A DNA stretch of 44,488 nt from Acidimicrobiales bacterium (GTDB lineage: Bacteria > Actinomycetota > Acidimicrobiia > Acidimicrobiales > Palsa-688). The stretch covers positions 1 through 44,488 of the forward strand of contig JBEKNX010000001.1 in the NCBI GenBank assembly GCA_049522375.1. The letters run 5' to 3'. Positions 8,053-16,493 of this stretch are shown here, one piece after another. Each line of letters begins with the position of its first letter. The first letter of the stretch is position 1. Under the pieces are notes generated by a model. It saw only the letters and a program-made list of their open reading frames with translations, did no database searches and had not been told where the DNA came from. Made by a program: the position numbers and the translations under genes.

Positions 8053-8130
8053 GGCCTTCGTCGCCTACGACAACCGGTTGATCGCCGCCGCCGAAGCCGC
8101 TGGGACCAAGACGGCCCGGCCACCTACTTC

Positions 8131-10431
8131 TTAAGGCCCTTTCTGGTCCCCGATAGGCCACCCGGCCAACGGCTCCGGGAGCGGCTCCCGGTAGACGATG
8201 GCCAAACGGCGGGTGCAGCGGGTGAGCGCCACGTACAGGGCGCGCAGGCCCTGGCCCTGCTCGGAGACGATCCGGGCCGGCTCTACGACCACGACCGAGT
8301 CAAACTCGAGGCCTTTGGCGTTGACCAGGGCCAGCAGGCTGACCTGGACGTCGAGGGCGCCGGCGCCGGCCTCACCGGCGGTGACACCGGCTCGGTCCAA
8401 GGCGGCGCGGGCCTCGTCCATGAGGGCGGCGGGGACGAGCACCCCGAGGCTGCCGTCCTCTCCCCCCGACGTCGACGCCACCGCCCGCACCTCCTCATTG
8501 ACGGTGCGCGCCACCAGGGAGCCGAAGGTGCGGTCGTCATCGCCCCCGCCCGGGCCGTCTCCCCCGCCTGGGCCGTCCCAGGGGAGGAACCGCGGGGCTT
8601 GCCCCGTCTGGCGCACGGGTTCGGGCGCCTCCACCCCGGGCAGGGCGGCAGCCAGGACGGCGGCGGCTAGTTCCATGACCTCCGAGGGGGCGCGATAGCT
8701 CACGGAAAGATTGGCCATCCGCCAGCCCCGGCGCGCCGGCAAGTGCGCCACGATGTCGTCCCAGGACCCGGGCGCCCACGGCCCGGTGGCCTGGGCGATG
8801 TCCCCCACCAGGGTCATGGACCCCGAAAGCGAACGCCGGCCTACCATGCGCAGCTCCATAGGCGTGAGGTCCTGGACCTCGTCCATGACGATGTGGCCGT
8901 GGGTGCGGTGCTGGCGGTCCTCCGCCGCTCCCGGGCGATATGGCCCGAGCAGCCAGCTCGCCTCGTCCAGCAGGGGTATATCGGCCGGCGTCCAGGGGAC
9001 GTCCTGCTCGGAGGCGCTCCTCGGCCGGTAAAGGGCGTCCGCCTCGGCTGGGCTCAGGACGCCCCGGGCGGCCACGTCGATGAGAGGCCTCGCCCCCAGG
9101 AGGTCGTGCCAGAGGGCCTCGGCCGAGAGGCGCGGCCACATGCGTTCCAACGCCTCGATCACCTCGGGGCGCCGGCGCAGGGCGTCGCCGAGCTCGCCCG
9201 GGCGCACCTGGGCCGGGGCGACGGGGCCCCCGGCGTCTTCCCCGCTGCCAGTTGGGGAAGGACCGGCCGACCTCTCCGCCTGGGCCGTCAACTGGTCCGA
9301 GAGGTGCTGCCAGAGGAGCGTCTCCACGGTACGGCGACGGGCGTTGTGGGGCCCGGAACGGCGTTTGGCCGCGGCCACGATCCCGGCTGAGGCCTCGGGG
9401 GTCAAGGTCAGCACCCACCGGCCGTAGGGGATCTGCACGGCTTTGCGCAGCGGCCGCTCCCGCTGGAGGACGGCCCGGCGCACGAGCCGGGCCATGCGCG
9501 GGTCGCCTTTCAACCTGGCCGTGGCCGGGCTCTCCGTGGCCGTGGGCCGGGCCGGTTTGTACAGCCCGGTGGCCGTCGACATCTCCACCCCCGTCTCTCC
9601 GAGGGAGGGAAGGACCTGGTCGATGTAGCGCAGGAAAGTGGGGTTGGGCCCGACCACGAGCACACCCTGCCCCTCCAGGGGGAAGCGGTGGGTGTACAGC
9701 AAGTAAGCGGCCCGGTGCAGTGCCACCGCCGTCTTACCTGTGCCCGGTCCCCCCTGGACGACGAGCACACCGGGCAGGGGCGCCCGGATTATCTCGTCCT
9801 GCTCGGCCTGGACGGTGGCGACTATGTCGCGCATACGGCCCGTGTGCGCCCGGCGCAGGGCGGCCATGAGCACGCTCGAGCCCGTCAGGCCCAGCGTCTC
9901 CGCCGCGCCGGCAGACCCCCCAGGGGCGAACAGTTCGTCCTCGAGGTCGAGCACGCGCCGGCCTTCGGTAAGGAAATGGCGGCGCCGGCGCAGGCCCATG
10001 GGGTGAGCGCCCGTGGCCCGGTAAAACGGTTCGGCCACCGGGGCCCGCCAGTCCACCACCAGCGGTTCGTGGTCGACGTCCGATAGCGCCAGGCGCCCAA
10101 TGTGGAAGCTCTCGATGGCGCCATTGGGGGCACCAGGCCCGCTGCCGGCATCGGTCGTCCCGGCATCGATCGTCCCGGCATCGGGCGCATCGGGAGGGCC
10201 GGCGGCGTCAATGCGCCCGAAAATGAGGGCCTCCCGGCCGAGTTCCAGCTTCTCTAGGCGGTTCAAGCTGTTGCGGACCCTGATATCACGCTCGGTGAAG
10301 GACTGGAACGTGCCGCCCCTCTCCCGGAACGCCTCTCTCAGCTGCTCCTGGGTCTGGGCCCGCACGGCCTCCAGGCGCGCCAGTGCCCGGTCCAGATGAG
10401 CCTGTTCGGCGGGCAGGTCAGGGTGCGCCAT
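8131..10431 (-). CDS. helD: RNA polymerase recycling motor ATPase HelD (UvrD-like superfamily 1 helicase)
   Basis: 766 aa. The N-terminal coiled-coil plus LVVDWRAPVAEPFYRATG motif, RMRDIVATVQAEQDEIIR, Walker A GGPGTGKT, and C-terminal KGLEFDSVVVVEP...LYVALTRCTRRL together match the actinobacterial HelD architecture. Confidence 0.85.
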   Translation of the reverse strand: MAHPDLPAEQAHLDRALARLEAVRAQTQEQLREAFRERGGTFQSFTERDIRVRNSLNRLEKLELGREALIFGRIDAAGPPDAPDAGTIDAGTTDAGSGPGAPNGAIESFHIGRLALSDVDHEPLVVDWRAPVAEPFYRATGAHPMGLRRRRHFLTEGRRVLDLEDELFAPGGSAGAAETLGLTGSSVLMAALRRAHTGRMRDIVATVQAEQDEIIRAPLPGVLVVQGGPGTGKTAVALHRAAYLLYTHRFPLEGQGVLVVGPNPTFLRYIDQVLPSLGETGVEMSTATGLYKPARPTATESPATARLKGDPRMARLVRRAVLQRERPLRKAVQIPYGRWVLTLTPEASAGIVAAAKRRSGPHNARRRTVETLLWQHLSDQLTAQAERSAGPSPTGSGEDAGGPVAPAQVRPGELGDALRRRPEVIEALERMWPRLSAEALWHDLLGARPLIDVAARGVLSPAEADALYRPRSASEQDVPWTPADIPLLDEASWLLGPYRPGAAEDRQHRTHGHIVMDEVQDLTPMELRMVGRRSLSGSMTLVGDIAQATGPWAPGSWDDIVAHLPARRGWRMANLSVSYRAPSEVMELAAAVLAAALPGVEAPEPVRQTGQAPRFLPWDGPGGGDGPGGGDDDRTFGSLVARTVNEEVRAVASTSGGEDGSLGVLVPAALMDEARAALDRAGVTAGEAGAGALDVQVSLLALVNAKGLEFDSVVVVEPARIVSEQGQGLRALYVALTRCTRRLAIVYREPLPEPLAGWPIGDQKGP
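10145..10189. repeat. 15-bp tandem repeat x3 inside helD
   Basis: ccggcatcggtcgtc / ccggcatcgatcgtc / ccggcatcgggcgca. It is in-frame and encodes the DAGTIDAGTTDAGSG low-complexity insert in the HelD N-terminal region. Confidence 0.8.
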
Positions 10432-10576
10432 AGGCCAAACTGTCTACTCTTATGGGCTGGCCGGCGTGCCGCAAGCCGGGCTGGGTCGCCGGGTGGCCGG
10501 GCGGCACTGGCCGAGCGCCGGTACCCACACCCCCGACGATCCCGGGCCGCGGCGGCCGCCCCGGTAGCGTTGGCCG

Positions 10577-11719
10577 ATGGCCACCAACCTGCCGCCTTTC
10601 CTGGCCGCGTGCCGGGGCCAGGCCGTGCCTTACACGCCGGTCTGGTTCATGCGCCAGGCCGGTCGTTCGTTGCCCGAGTACCGCGCCCGGCGTGGGCCGG
10701 GGAGCATCCTCGACGCGGTGCGGGACCCGGCCCTGGCGGCAGAACTGACCCTGCAGCCCGTCCGTCGCTACGGCGTGGACGCCGCCGTGCTCTTCTCCGA
10801 CATCGTCGTCCCCGTCATCGACTTCGGCGTCGACGTCGCCCCGGGCACCGGGCCCGTGGTGGAAAAACCGTTCCGCGACGCGGCCGACCTCGACCGGCTA
10901 CGCCCGGTGCCGTCCCCGTTCGTGGACGAAGCCCTCCGCCTGGTCACCGCCGAGTTGGGCCACCTGCCGGTGCCAGTACCGGTCATCGGCTTCGCCGGCG
11001 GCCCGTTCACCCTGGCCAGCTACCTGGTGGAAGGCGGCCCTTCCCAGGGTTTCGCCAAGGCCAAGGCCTTGATGTGGTCCGAGCCCGGGCTGTGGGGAGA
11101 GCTCATGCAACGCCTGGCCGAGATCACCCTGGCCAGCCTGCGGGCCCAGGTCTCGGCGGGGGCGGCCGCCGTCCAGATCTTCGAGAGCTGGGGCGGGGCC
11201 CTCTCCCCTGCCGACTACCGGCGCTACGTCTGGCCCGCCCTGCACACCGTCGTGAACGGACTGGCCCCCCAACAGGTTCCCCGTATCGTCTTCGGCGTGG
11301 GGGCGGGAGAGCTCCTGGCCGATTTCGCCCGGGCCGGTGCCGATGTCGTGGGGGTCGACTGGCGGGTGCCCCTCGACGAGGCCCGCCGCCGCGTTGGGCC
11401 CGAAGTGGGCGTGCAAGGCAACCTCGACCCCACCGCCTGTTTGGCGCCCTGGCCCGTCCTGGCCGACCAGGCCCGGGCCGTACTGGCCGCCGCCGGGCCC
11501 ACCGGCCACGTGTTCAACCTGGGCCACGGCGTCCTGCCCGCCACTGACCCCGACCAGCTAGCCCGCCTGGTCGAGTTGGTTCACACGGAGACGGCCGCAC
11601 TGGGGCCACGGCCTCGGCCTGAGACGCCGGGACCGCTGGGCCCGCGGGGGCCCGACGGCACCTCGGACGGCGACGCCGACGGCACCTCGGGCGGGGACGC
11701 AGACGGCGGTTCGGGCTGA
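10577..11719 (+). CDS. hemE: Uroporphyrinogen decarboxylase
   Basis: 380 aa with the hallmark N-terminus [16 protein letters not shown] and URO-D features throughout. The roughly 45-aa C-terminal tail ([23 protein letters not shown]) is repeat-encoded and may not be genuine. Confidence 0.9.
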   Translation: MATNLPPFLAACRGQAVPYTPVWFMRQAGRSLPEYRARRGPGSILDAVRDPALAAELTLQPVRRYGVDAAVLFSDIVVPVIDFGVDVAPGTGPVVEKPFRDAADLDRLRPVPSPFVDEALRLVTAELGHLPVPVPVIGFAGGPFTLASYLVEGGPSQGFAKAKALMWSEPGLWGELMQRLAEITLASLRAQVSAGAAAVQIFESWGGALSPADYRRYVWPALHTVVNGLAPQQVPRIVFGVGAGELLADFARAGADVVGVDWRVPLDEARRRVGPEVGVQGNLDPTACLAPWPVLADQARAVLAAAGPTGHVFNLGHGVLPATDPDQLARLVELVHTETAALGPRPRPETPGPLGPRGPDGTSDGDADGTSGGDADGGSG

Positions 11720-12774
11720 GGCACGGGCGTCGCCTCGGGCTGGAACACGGTGGTCGCCTCGGGCGGGGACGCGGACGGCGCCTCGGGCTGGAACACGGCC
11801 GCCGCCCGGCTGCGCCGGTTCAGGACGTGGTCGGCAATTATCACGGCCGCCGCCGAATAGGTGCTCTTCTGGCCTCCAGGGAAACGAACGCATTGGGGGT
11901 GGGCGCAGCCGGTCCAGTAGGCGCCGTCATCGGCGCGCAGGTGACGCGTCCAGCTCAGTAATTTCTCTGCTTCGGCGGGGCAACCGGCCCGGTTCGCGGC
12001 CATGGCGCATTCCGCGGTCTCGGCCGCCGTGACCCAGAAATTATCGGCTACGCAGCGAGCGCCCAGGCCTTGCGCCACGAACTCGTGCCAGCGCCCGGCC
12101 AGTTGCCGGCGCCCCACGGCCGGCTCCAGCGCGCCGCTGAGGACCGGGTAGTACCAGTCCATGGCCCAGCGCTGTTTGGGTGCGAAAGTCATGGGTTTTT
12201 CCGCTACCGCCCTGGCTATCCTGTCCGCCGCCGCCGCCCAGTCAGACCGGTCGTAGCCGAGCACGGCGGCAATCTGCACGGCACAACGCAAGGATTGTTG
12301 GAGCGACGAGTTCGCCGCCAACAGCGCGAAATTACCGGGGACGCCGTCGGGGCCCACAGACCATACGATTTCTCCCCCCGGGCGTTGATAACCGAGGCAC
12401 CAGGTGATCGCCCGTTCTATCATCGGCCACAACGCTTCCAGCAATGCGGGACCGTCTTCGTTCAATTGCGCGCACCACCACGCGCCCGTGGCCGGATAGG
12501 CGCAAACATTGGGGTCCCGGCGGGGTTCGGTGACCCCGTCGGCGACGTAAAACGTGCACCAGCCTCCCTCGGGCAACTGCTGGGCGGCCAGCCAGTCAAA
12601 GGCCCGTTGGACCTCCGCCCACCGCCCGGCCGCGGCCAGGGCCATGGTGGCCTCCACGTGGTTCCAGGGGTCGCCGTGCCCACCCCGGTACCAGGGGACC
12701 AGACCGTTTGGTAATTGCAACGACGCGATCCACGCCGCCGTCTGTCCGATCTCGACCAGCGACAACGAGCTCAT
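11581..12774 (-). CDS. Prenyltransferase / squalene-oxidase-repeat (alpha/alpha-toroid) protein
   Basis: The internal ATG at 12774 ([41 protein letters not shown]...) begins terpenoid-cyclase/prenyltransferase-like repeats with QLPxGGW-type motifs. This ATG overlaps the stop of the upstream methyltransferase (ATGA). The longer listed ORF (to 13869) is a shadow extension. The C-terminal 70 aa are repeat-encoded. Confidence 0.65.
   Translation of the reverse strand: MSSLSLVEIGQTAAWIASLQLPNGLVPWYRGGHGDPWNHVEATMALAAAGRWAEVQRAFDWLAAQQLPEGGWCTFYVADGVTEPRRDPNVCAYPATGAWWCAQLNEDGPALLEALWPMIERAITWCLGYQRPGGEIVWSVGPDGVPGNFALLAANSSLQQSLRCAVQIAAVLGYDRSDWAAAADRIARAVAEKPMTFAPKQRWAMDWYYPVLSGALEPAVGRRQLAGRWHEFVAQGLGARCVADNFWVTAAETAECAMAANRAGCPAEAEKLLSWTRHLRADDGAYWTGCAHPQCVRFPGGQKSTYSAAAVIIADHVLNRRSRAAAVFQPEAPSASPPEATTVFQPEATPVPQPEPPSASPPEVPSASPSEVPSGPRGPSGPGVSGRGRGPSAAVSV
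11654..11797. repeat. Degenerate 24-bp tandem array, six units
   Basis: The units start at 11654, 11678, 11702, 11726, 11750 and 11774 and share the core c(c/t)tcgggc. The array is read on the plus strand as the hemE tail and on the minus strand as 8-aa repeats (PSASPPEV / VFQPEA) of the convergent gene. Confidence 0.8.
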
Positions 12775-13487
12775 GGTTTGCGGGCGTAGATAACGAGGCT
12801 TTTGCCCAGCACGGGGTTCAACAACGCCTCGGGCCAACGGGTGAGCGGGGTTTTGGCGGTCATGTCCCAGACGAGGAGCCGGTGGTAGGCGCGCACGAGC
12901 CGGTTGTCCTCCCGGCCGATGCCGACCAGGCAGCGCAGCCACCAGTAGGGGCTGTGCAGGGCGTGGGCATGGTGCGCCCGGCCCGGCACCAGGCCGGCGC
13001 GCCGCAACCGCCGGCGCAGCTGGGCGCGACGGTAAATGCGGACGTGGCCACCGGGCACGTTGTGGTACTCCGAGGACAGGGCCCAGTTGACGACCTCGGG
13101 GAACCACCGGGGCACGGTGACCGCCATCGTCCCCCCACCCCGCAGCACCCGGGCCAGTTCGGCCAGGACGGCGGCGTCGTCGGGGACGTGCTCCATCACC
13201 TCGGCGGCGATGACCTTGTCGAAGATGGCGTCCGGGAAGGGCAACGCCCGCCCGTCGCCGACCACGGCGTGGCCCTGGCCACCCGAGTTGGCGGTGTCCT
13301 TGTCCTCCTCCAGCATCGCCGCCATCCAGGCGCTGGCGCCCTCGATCTCCTTGGGGTCCGAGTCGACAGCGGTGGCCACCGCGCCCAGCCGCATGGCTTC
13401 CAGGGCATGGCGGCCGCCGCCGCAGCCGAAGTCGAGCAGGCGCTGCCCGGGGACAAGGCCGAGCCAGCCGTAGCGCAAAGTCAGCAT
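12771..13487 (-). CDS. Class I SAM-dependent methyltransferase
   Basis: Internal ATG 13487. LLDFGCGGGRHALEA is SAM motif I, and FDKVIAAEVMEHVPD...LRGGGTMAVTVP are motifs II/III. Overlaps the upstream GT4 stop by 7 nt and the downstream gene by 4 nt. Confidence 0.8.
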   Translation of the reverse strand: MLTLRYGWLGLVPGQRLLDFGCGGGRHALEAMRLGAVATAVDSDPKEIEGASAWMAAMLEEDKDTANSGGQGHAVVGDGRALPFPDAIFDKVIAAEVMEHVPDDAAVLAELARVLRGGGTMAVTVPRWFPEVVNWALSSEYHNVPGGHVRIYRRAQLRRRLRRAGLVPGRAHHAHALHSPYWWLRCLVGIGREDNRLVRAYHRLLVWDMTAKTPLTRWPEALLNPVLGKSLVIYARKP

Positions 13488-14902
13488 ACGGGGCGGCCCG
13501 GTCCGTTCTCGGGCGCGGCCAGGACGTGCCTGTTCTCGTGCTCGGCCAGGACGTGCCTGTACTCGTGCTCGGCCAGGACGTGCCGGTACTGCTCGACCAC
13601 GCCGGTGGCGCAGCGGGCCCAGGTGAAGCGCTCCAGCACCCGGCGCCGGCCGTTGTGGCCCAGGCGGGCGGCCAGCTCGGTCGCCCCGCCGCCGGCGCCG
13701 GACAGGAGCCGTCCCAAGGCCACGGCCAGGGCGCCGGCGTCGGCCGGCGGGACCAGGAGGGCGGCGTGGCCGTCGGGGCCCACCACCTCGGGCAGGGCGC
13801 CCCCCATGGTCGCCACCACCGGGACCTCGCACGCCATCGCCTCCACCGCGGGGAGCGAGAAGCCTTCATAGAGGGAGGGGACGGCCACCACGGACGCTTC
13901 CCGGTACAGCTCGACCAGCTCGTCGTCGCTCACCCCGGGCCGGAACGTGACCGCCCCCTCGAGGCCCAGCCGCTCGATGGTCCGGGCGGTGTCGCTGGCC
14001 GGGCGGGGCTGGCCCACCACCACCAGGTGCGCCCCGGGCTCGTCCGTGCGCAGCTTGGCCAGCGCCTCGAGCAGGTAGGCCAGCCCCTTGAGGGGGACGT
14101 CGGCGCTGGCCGTCGTCATGACCCGGCCCGGCACCCGAGCGGACCGGCCGCCGCCTGGCCCCGGGCGGAAGAGCTCGTGGTCGGCACCTATGGGGACTAT
14201 GGCGACGCGTTCGGGGGCGACGCCCATCTGTTCGACGATGTCTCGCCGGGACGTCGAGGACACGGTGAGCAAGCGGGGCAGGCGCCGGGCTACCCGGTTT
14301 TGCATGCGGACGAAGCCGTACCAGCGCCGCAGGGAGACCTCCCGGCCCCAGCTCCCGGCGTGGGCCAGGTCGACCAGCCGGTCGACGGTCACCGGGTGGT
14401 GGCAGGTACCGATGAGGGGCCAGCCGTCGTTCATGAGGCCGAGCAGACCGGTGCCGAAGGACTGGTTGTCGTGGACGATGTCCAACCGGCCCCCCCAGCC
14501 CGCCAGCACCCGCCGGGCCCGCAGGCTGAAGGTGCGGGGCTCAGGGAAACCTCCCGTCATCATGGTGCCTACCTCGGCCAGGTCGACCCAGTCCCGGATC
14601 TCCCGGGGCCGGGGCAGGCGGAAGGGGTCAGGTTCCCGGTACAGGTCGAGGCTGGGGACCTCGACCAGCCTCACCCCGTCGGCCTCATCGAGGACGGGCC
14701 AGGGCTGGCCGGCGAGAACGGTCACGTCGTGGCCGTGGCGGGCCAGCTCCCGGGACAGGTAGCGGGTGTAGACGCCCTGGCCGCCCGAACGGGGGTTGCC
14801 CCGGTAGACGAGCAGGGCGACGCGGAGGTGTTCTCTTTCGCTGGCCCTGGCGCCGGCGGGCCCTATCTCCGGCCGAGCAAAACTGGGGCACCGACCGGAC
14901 AT
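13481..14902 (-). CDS. Glycosyltransferase family 4
   Basis: Internal ATG 14902, 34 nt after the upstream gene's stop. N-terminal RVALLVYRGNPRSGGQGVYTRYLSREL and C-terminal EGFSLPAVEAMACEVPVVAT (GT-B/GT4 E-x7-E region). The C-terminal tail is a 9-aa tandem repeat. Confidence 0.85.
   Translation of the reverse strand: MSGRCPSFARPEIGPAGARASEREHLRVALLVYRGNPRSGGQGVYTRYLSRELARHGHDVTVLAGQPWPVLDEADGVRLVEVPSLDLYREPDPFRLPRPREIRDWVDLAEVGTMMTGGFPEPRTFSLRARRVLAGWGGRLDIVHDNQSFGTGLLGLMNDGWPLIGTCHHPVTVDRLVDLAHAGSWGREVSLRRWYGFVRMQNRVARRLPRLLTVSSTSRRDIVEQMGVAPERVAIVPIGADHELFRPGPGGGRSARVPGRVMTTASADVPLKGLAYLLEALAKLRTDEPGAHLVVVGQPRPASDTARTIERLGLEGAVTFRPGVSDDELVELYREASVVAVPSLYEGFSLPAVEAMACEVPVVATMGGALPEVVGPDGHAALLVPPADAGALAVALGRLLSGAGGGATELAARLGHNGRRRVLERFTWARCATGVVEQYRHVLAEHEYRHVLAEHENRHVLAAPENGPGRPVC
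13517..13597. repeat. 27-bp tandem repeat x3 at the 3' end of the GT4 gene
   Basis: ggccaggacgtgcctgttctcgtgctc / ggccaggacgtgcctgtactcgtgctc / ggccaggacgtgccggtactgctcgac. In-frame; encodes YRHVLAEHE x3 on the minus strand. Confidence 0.85.
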
Positions 14903-14936
14903 GTGGGGTACAGCGTGGCCGCCCGGCAACGGCTGG

Positions 14937-15530
14937 TCAAGCTGGGCCAGGTGGGGCGCGGCGCAGCAGCCGCAGCGAGCCGACCGCGGCCACCTCCTCC
15001 CATTCGCCCGACGCCCGGGCCTGGCAGAAGATCTCGTACGGCACCTGCCCACCTTCGGCGGGGTCGGCGAACACGTCGTGGAGGGCCAGTGTCCCGCCCA
15101 TCGCCACCTTGGGGGCCCAGGACCTGTAGTCGGCCCCGGCCACGGCCGCCCCGTGGCCACCATCGATGAACAACAGCGACAGGGGCGCCGCCCACGCCCT
15201 CGCCACCGGCACGGAACCCCCCACCACCAGGACGACGCTGCCCTCGAGACCGGCCTGGTGGATGGTGCGCCGGGCATACGGGAGGGTGTCGATCATCCCG
15301 GTGGCCGGGTCGACGACGTCGGGGTCGTGGTGCGCCCAACCCGGTTGGAGCTCCTCCGAACCCCGGTGGTGGTCGACACTGAACAGGACCGTCCCCGTCT
15401 GGCGGGCCGCCGCCCCCAGGTAGGTGGCCGACTTCCCGCAGTAGGTCCCGATCTCCAGAAAGGGACCGAGGCCGCTAGGCCCGGCGACCAGCCCGGCCCC
15501 GTACAGCGCCATGCCCTCGGCCTCGGGCAT
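14937..15530 (-). CDS. Class I SAM-dependent (O-)methyltransferase, Methyltransf_24-like
   Basis: 197 aa. FLEIGTYCGKSATYL is the SAM-binding motif, followed by LLFIDGGH. The frame stays open and protein-like for 19 more codons upstream of the ATG, up to a TAG, so the start is uncertain. Confidence 0.7.
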   Translation of the reverse strand: MPEAEGMALYGAGLVAGPSGLGPFLEIGTYCGKSATYLGAAARQTGTVLFSVDHHRGSEELQPGWAHHDPDVVDPATGMIDTLPYARRTIHQAGLEGSVVLVVGGSVPVARAWAAPLSLLFIDGGHGAAVAGADYRSWAPKVAMGGTLALHDVFADPAEGGQVPYEIFCQARASGEWEEVAAVGSLRLLRRAPPGPA

Positions 15531-15587
15531 GAAGCCCTTGGCCGCCCGCGCCGTGCGCAGCCAGAGGGGCGCCGAGGGGGCCAGCGC

Positions 15588-16334
15588 CTATCGTCCGGCC
15601 CGGGCCGGACCTTCCCACGCCGGCTCTACCGGACGGGCGACACCAGGTCCGACGGCCATCGGCGCGCCGCCGGTAGCAGGGGGCGGGCCAGCCGTGGCGC
15701 TGGCGCTGACAGCCGTGGCGCTGGCTCTGGCCGCCGCCGTGGGGGCTTCCGAAGGGCTCGACGGGACCTCGGCCCCGCCACCCCGGTCGGCGAAAACGAC
15801 GTGGTTGAAGATCACGAACTTCACGATCCACACCACGCCGTAGGCGAACAGCGACGCCCCCATGATGGCCAGCGCCCGGCCCAGCCCGTGGACGCCGTGG
15901 TGCTTGCACAGGCTGTCGGCGATCTCCACCGTCCCGGTCGAGGCCAGCCAGCCCAACAGGGTCAAAGACCAGAACGGTACGATCTCTCGCCACATGTGGC
16001 TCTTGCCGCTCTTGCCCCACGCCCACTTCCGGTTGAGCTCGTACGACGCCGGGGTCGCCATCACGGCGCCGATGGTGTTGGCCGCGATCCCCGACAGGCC
16101 GAAGACCCAGGCGCAGACCAGGATCGTCGCCTGGCTGATGACTATGGCCACCACCGAGACCATCGAGTACCGGATGAACTTGTGCATCGGCCGGTCGCCC
16201 CGGGTCGGGGAGAGCACCCGGTCCACTACCGGCAACCGGAGCACGCCCCGGACCAGGGGGGCGCGCCTCAGCCGGTCGTACAGACTGACGCGCTCGGCAC
16301 GACGCGGCGACGCGTCTGAACTGAGAGGCACCAC
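15588..16334 (-). CDS. GtrA-family membrane protein (polysaccharide/glycolipid synthesis associated)
   Basis: KFIRYSMVSVVAIVISQATILVCAWVF...NRKWAWG and four predicted hydrophobic segments. Start is GTG 16334 or ATG 16187. Has a low-complexity Ala/Pro/Ser C-terminal tail. Confidence 0.7.
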   Translation of the reverse strand: MVPLSSDASPRRAERVSLYDRLRRAPLVRGVLRLPVVDRVLSPTRGDRPMHKFIRYSMVSVVAIVISQATILVCAWVFGLSGIAANTIGAVMATPASYELNRKWAWGKSGKSHMWREIVPFWSLTLLGWLASTGTVEIADSLCKHHGVHGLGRALAIMGASLFAYGVVWIVKFVIFNHVVFADRGGGAEVPSSPSEAPTAAARASATAVSASATAGPPPATGGAPMAVGPGVARPVEPAWEGPARAGR

Positions 16335-16493
16335 TTCAGTTTAGTTGGCGGCGGGACTACTGCCCACCCGGCCCCGGGGACCGTCGTAACCTTCACCGTC
16401 TTTTCAGCTCAGGGACCGGCGGGCCGCCGCAGTCGCGGCGCTGACGAGCCTCGTGTCCTCACCCACGTGCTCGTGCGTCTAGCATCGGCCGGA

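Noticed and set aside
11654-11797. Tandem arrays considered as possible CRISPR. The same applies to 13517-13597, 19861-19920 and 22046-22090.
   Set aside because: The units are directly adjacent with no unique spacers, are 9-30 bp long and lie mostly inside coding sequence. No cas genes are present.
12775-13869. N-terminal 365 codons of the 762-aa ORF 11581..13869, which would fuse a long extension to the prenyltransferase-like protein.
   Set aside because: The extension is a low-complexity Arg/Pro/Ala/Trp-rich sequence out of frame over the methyltransferase and GT4 genes. The ATG at 12774 with an ATGA overlap to the upstream stop is the credible start.
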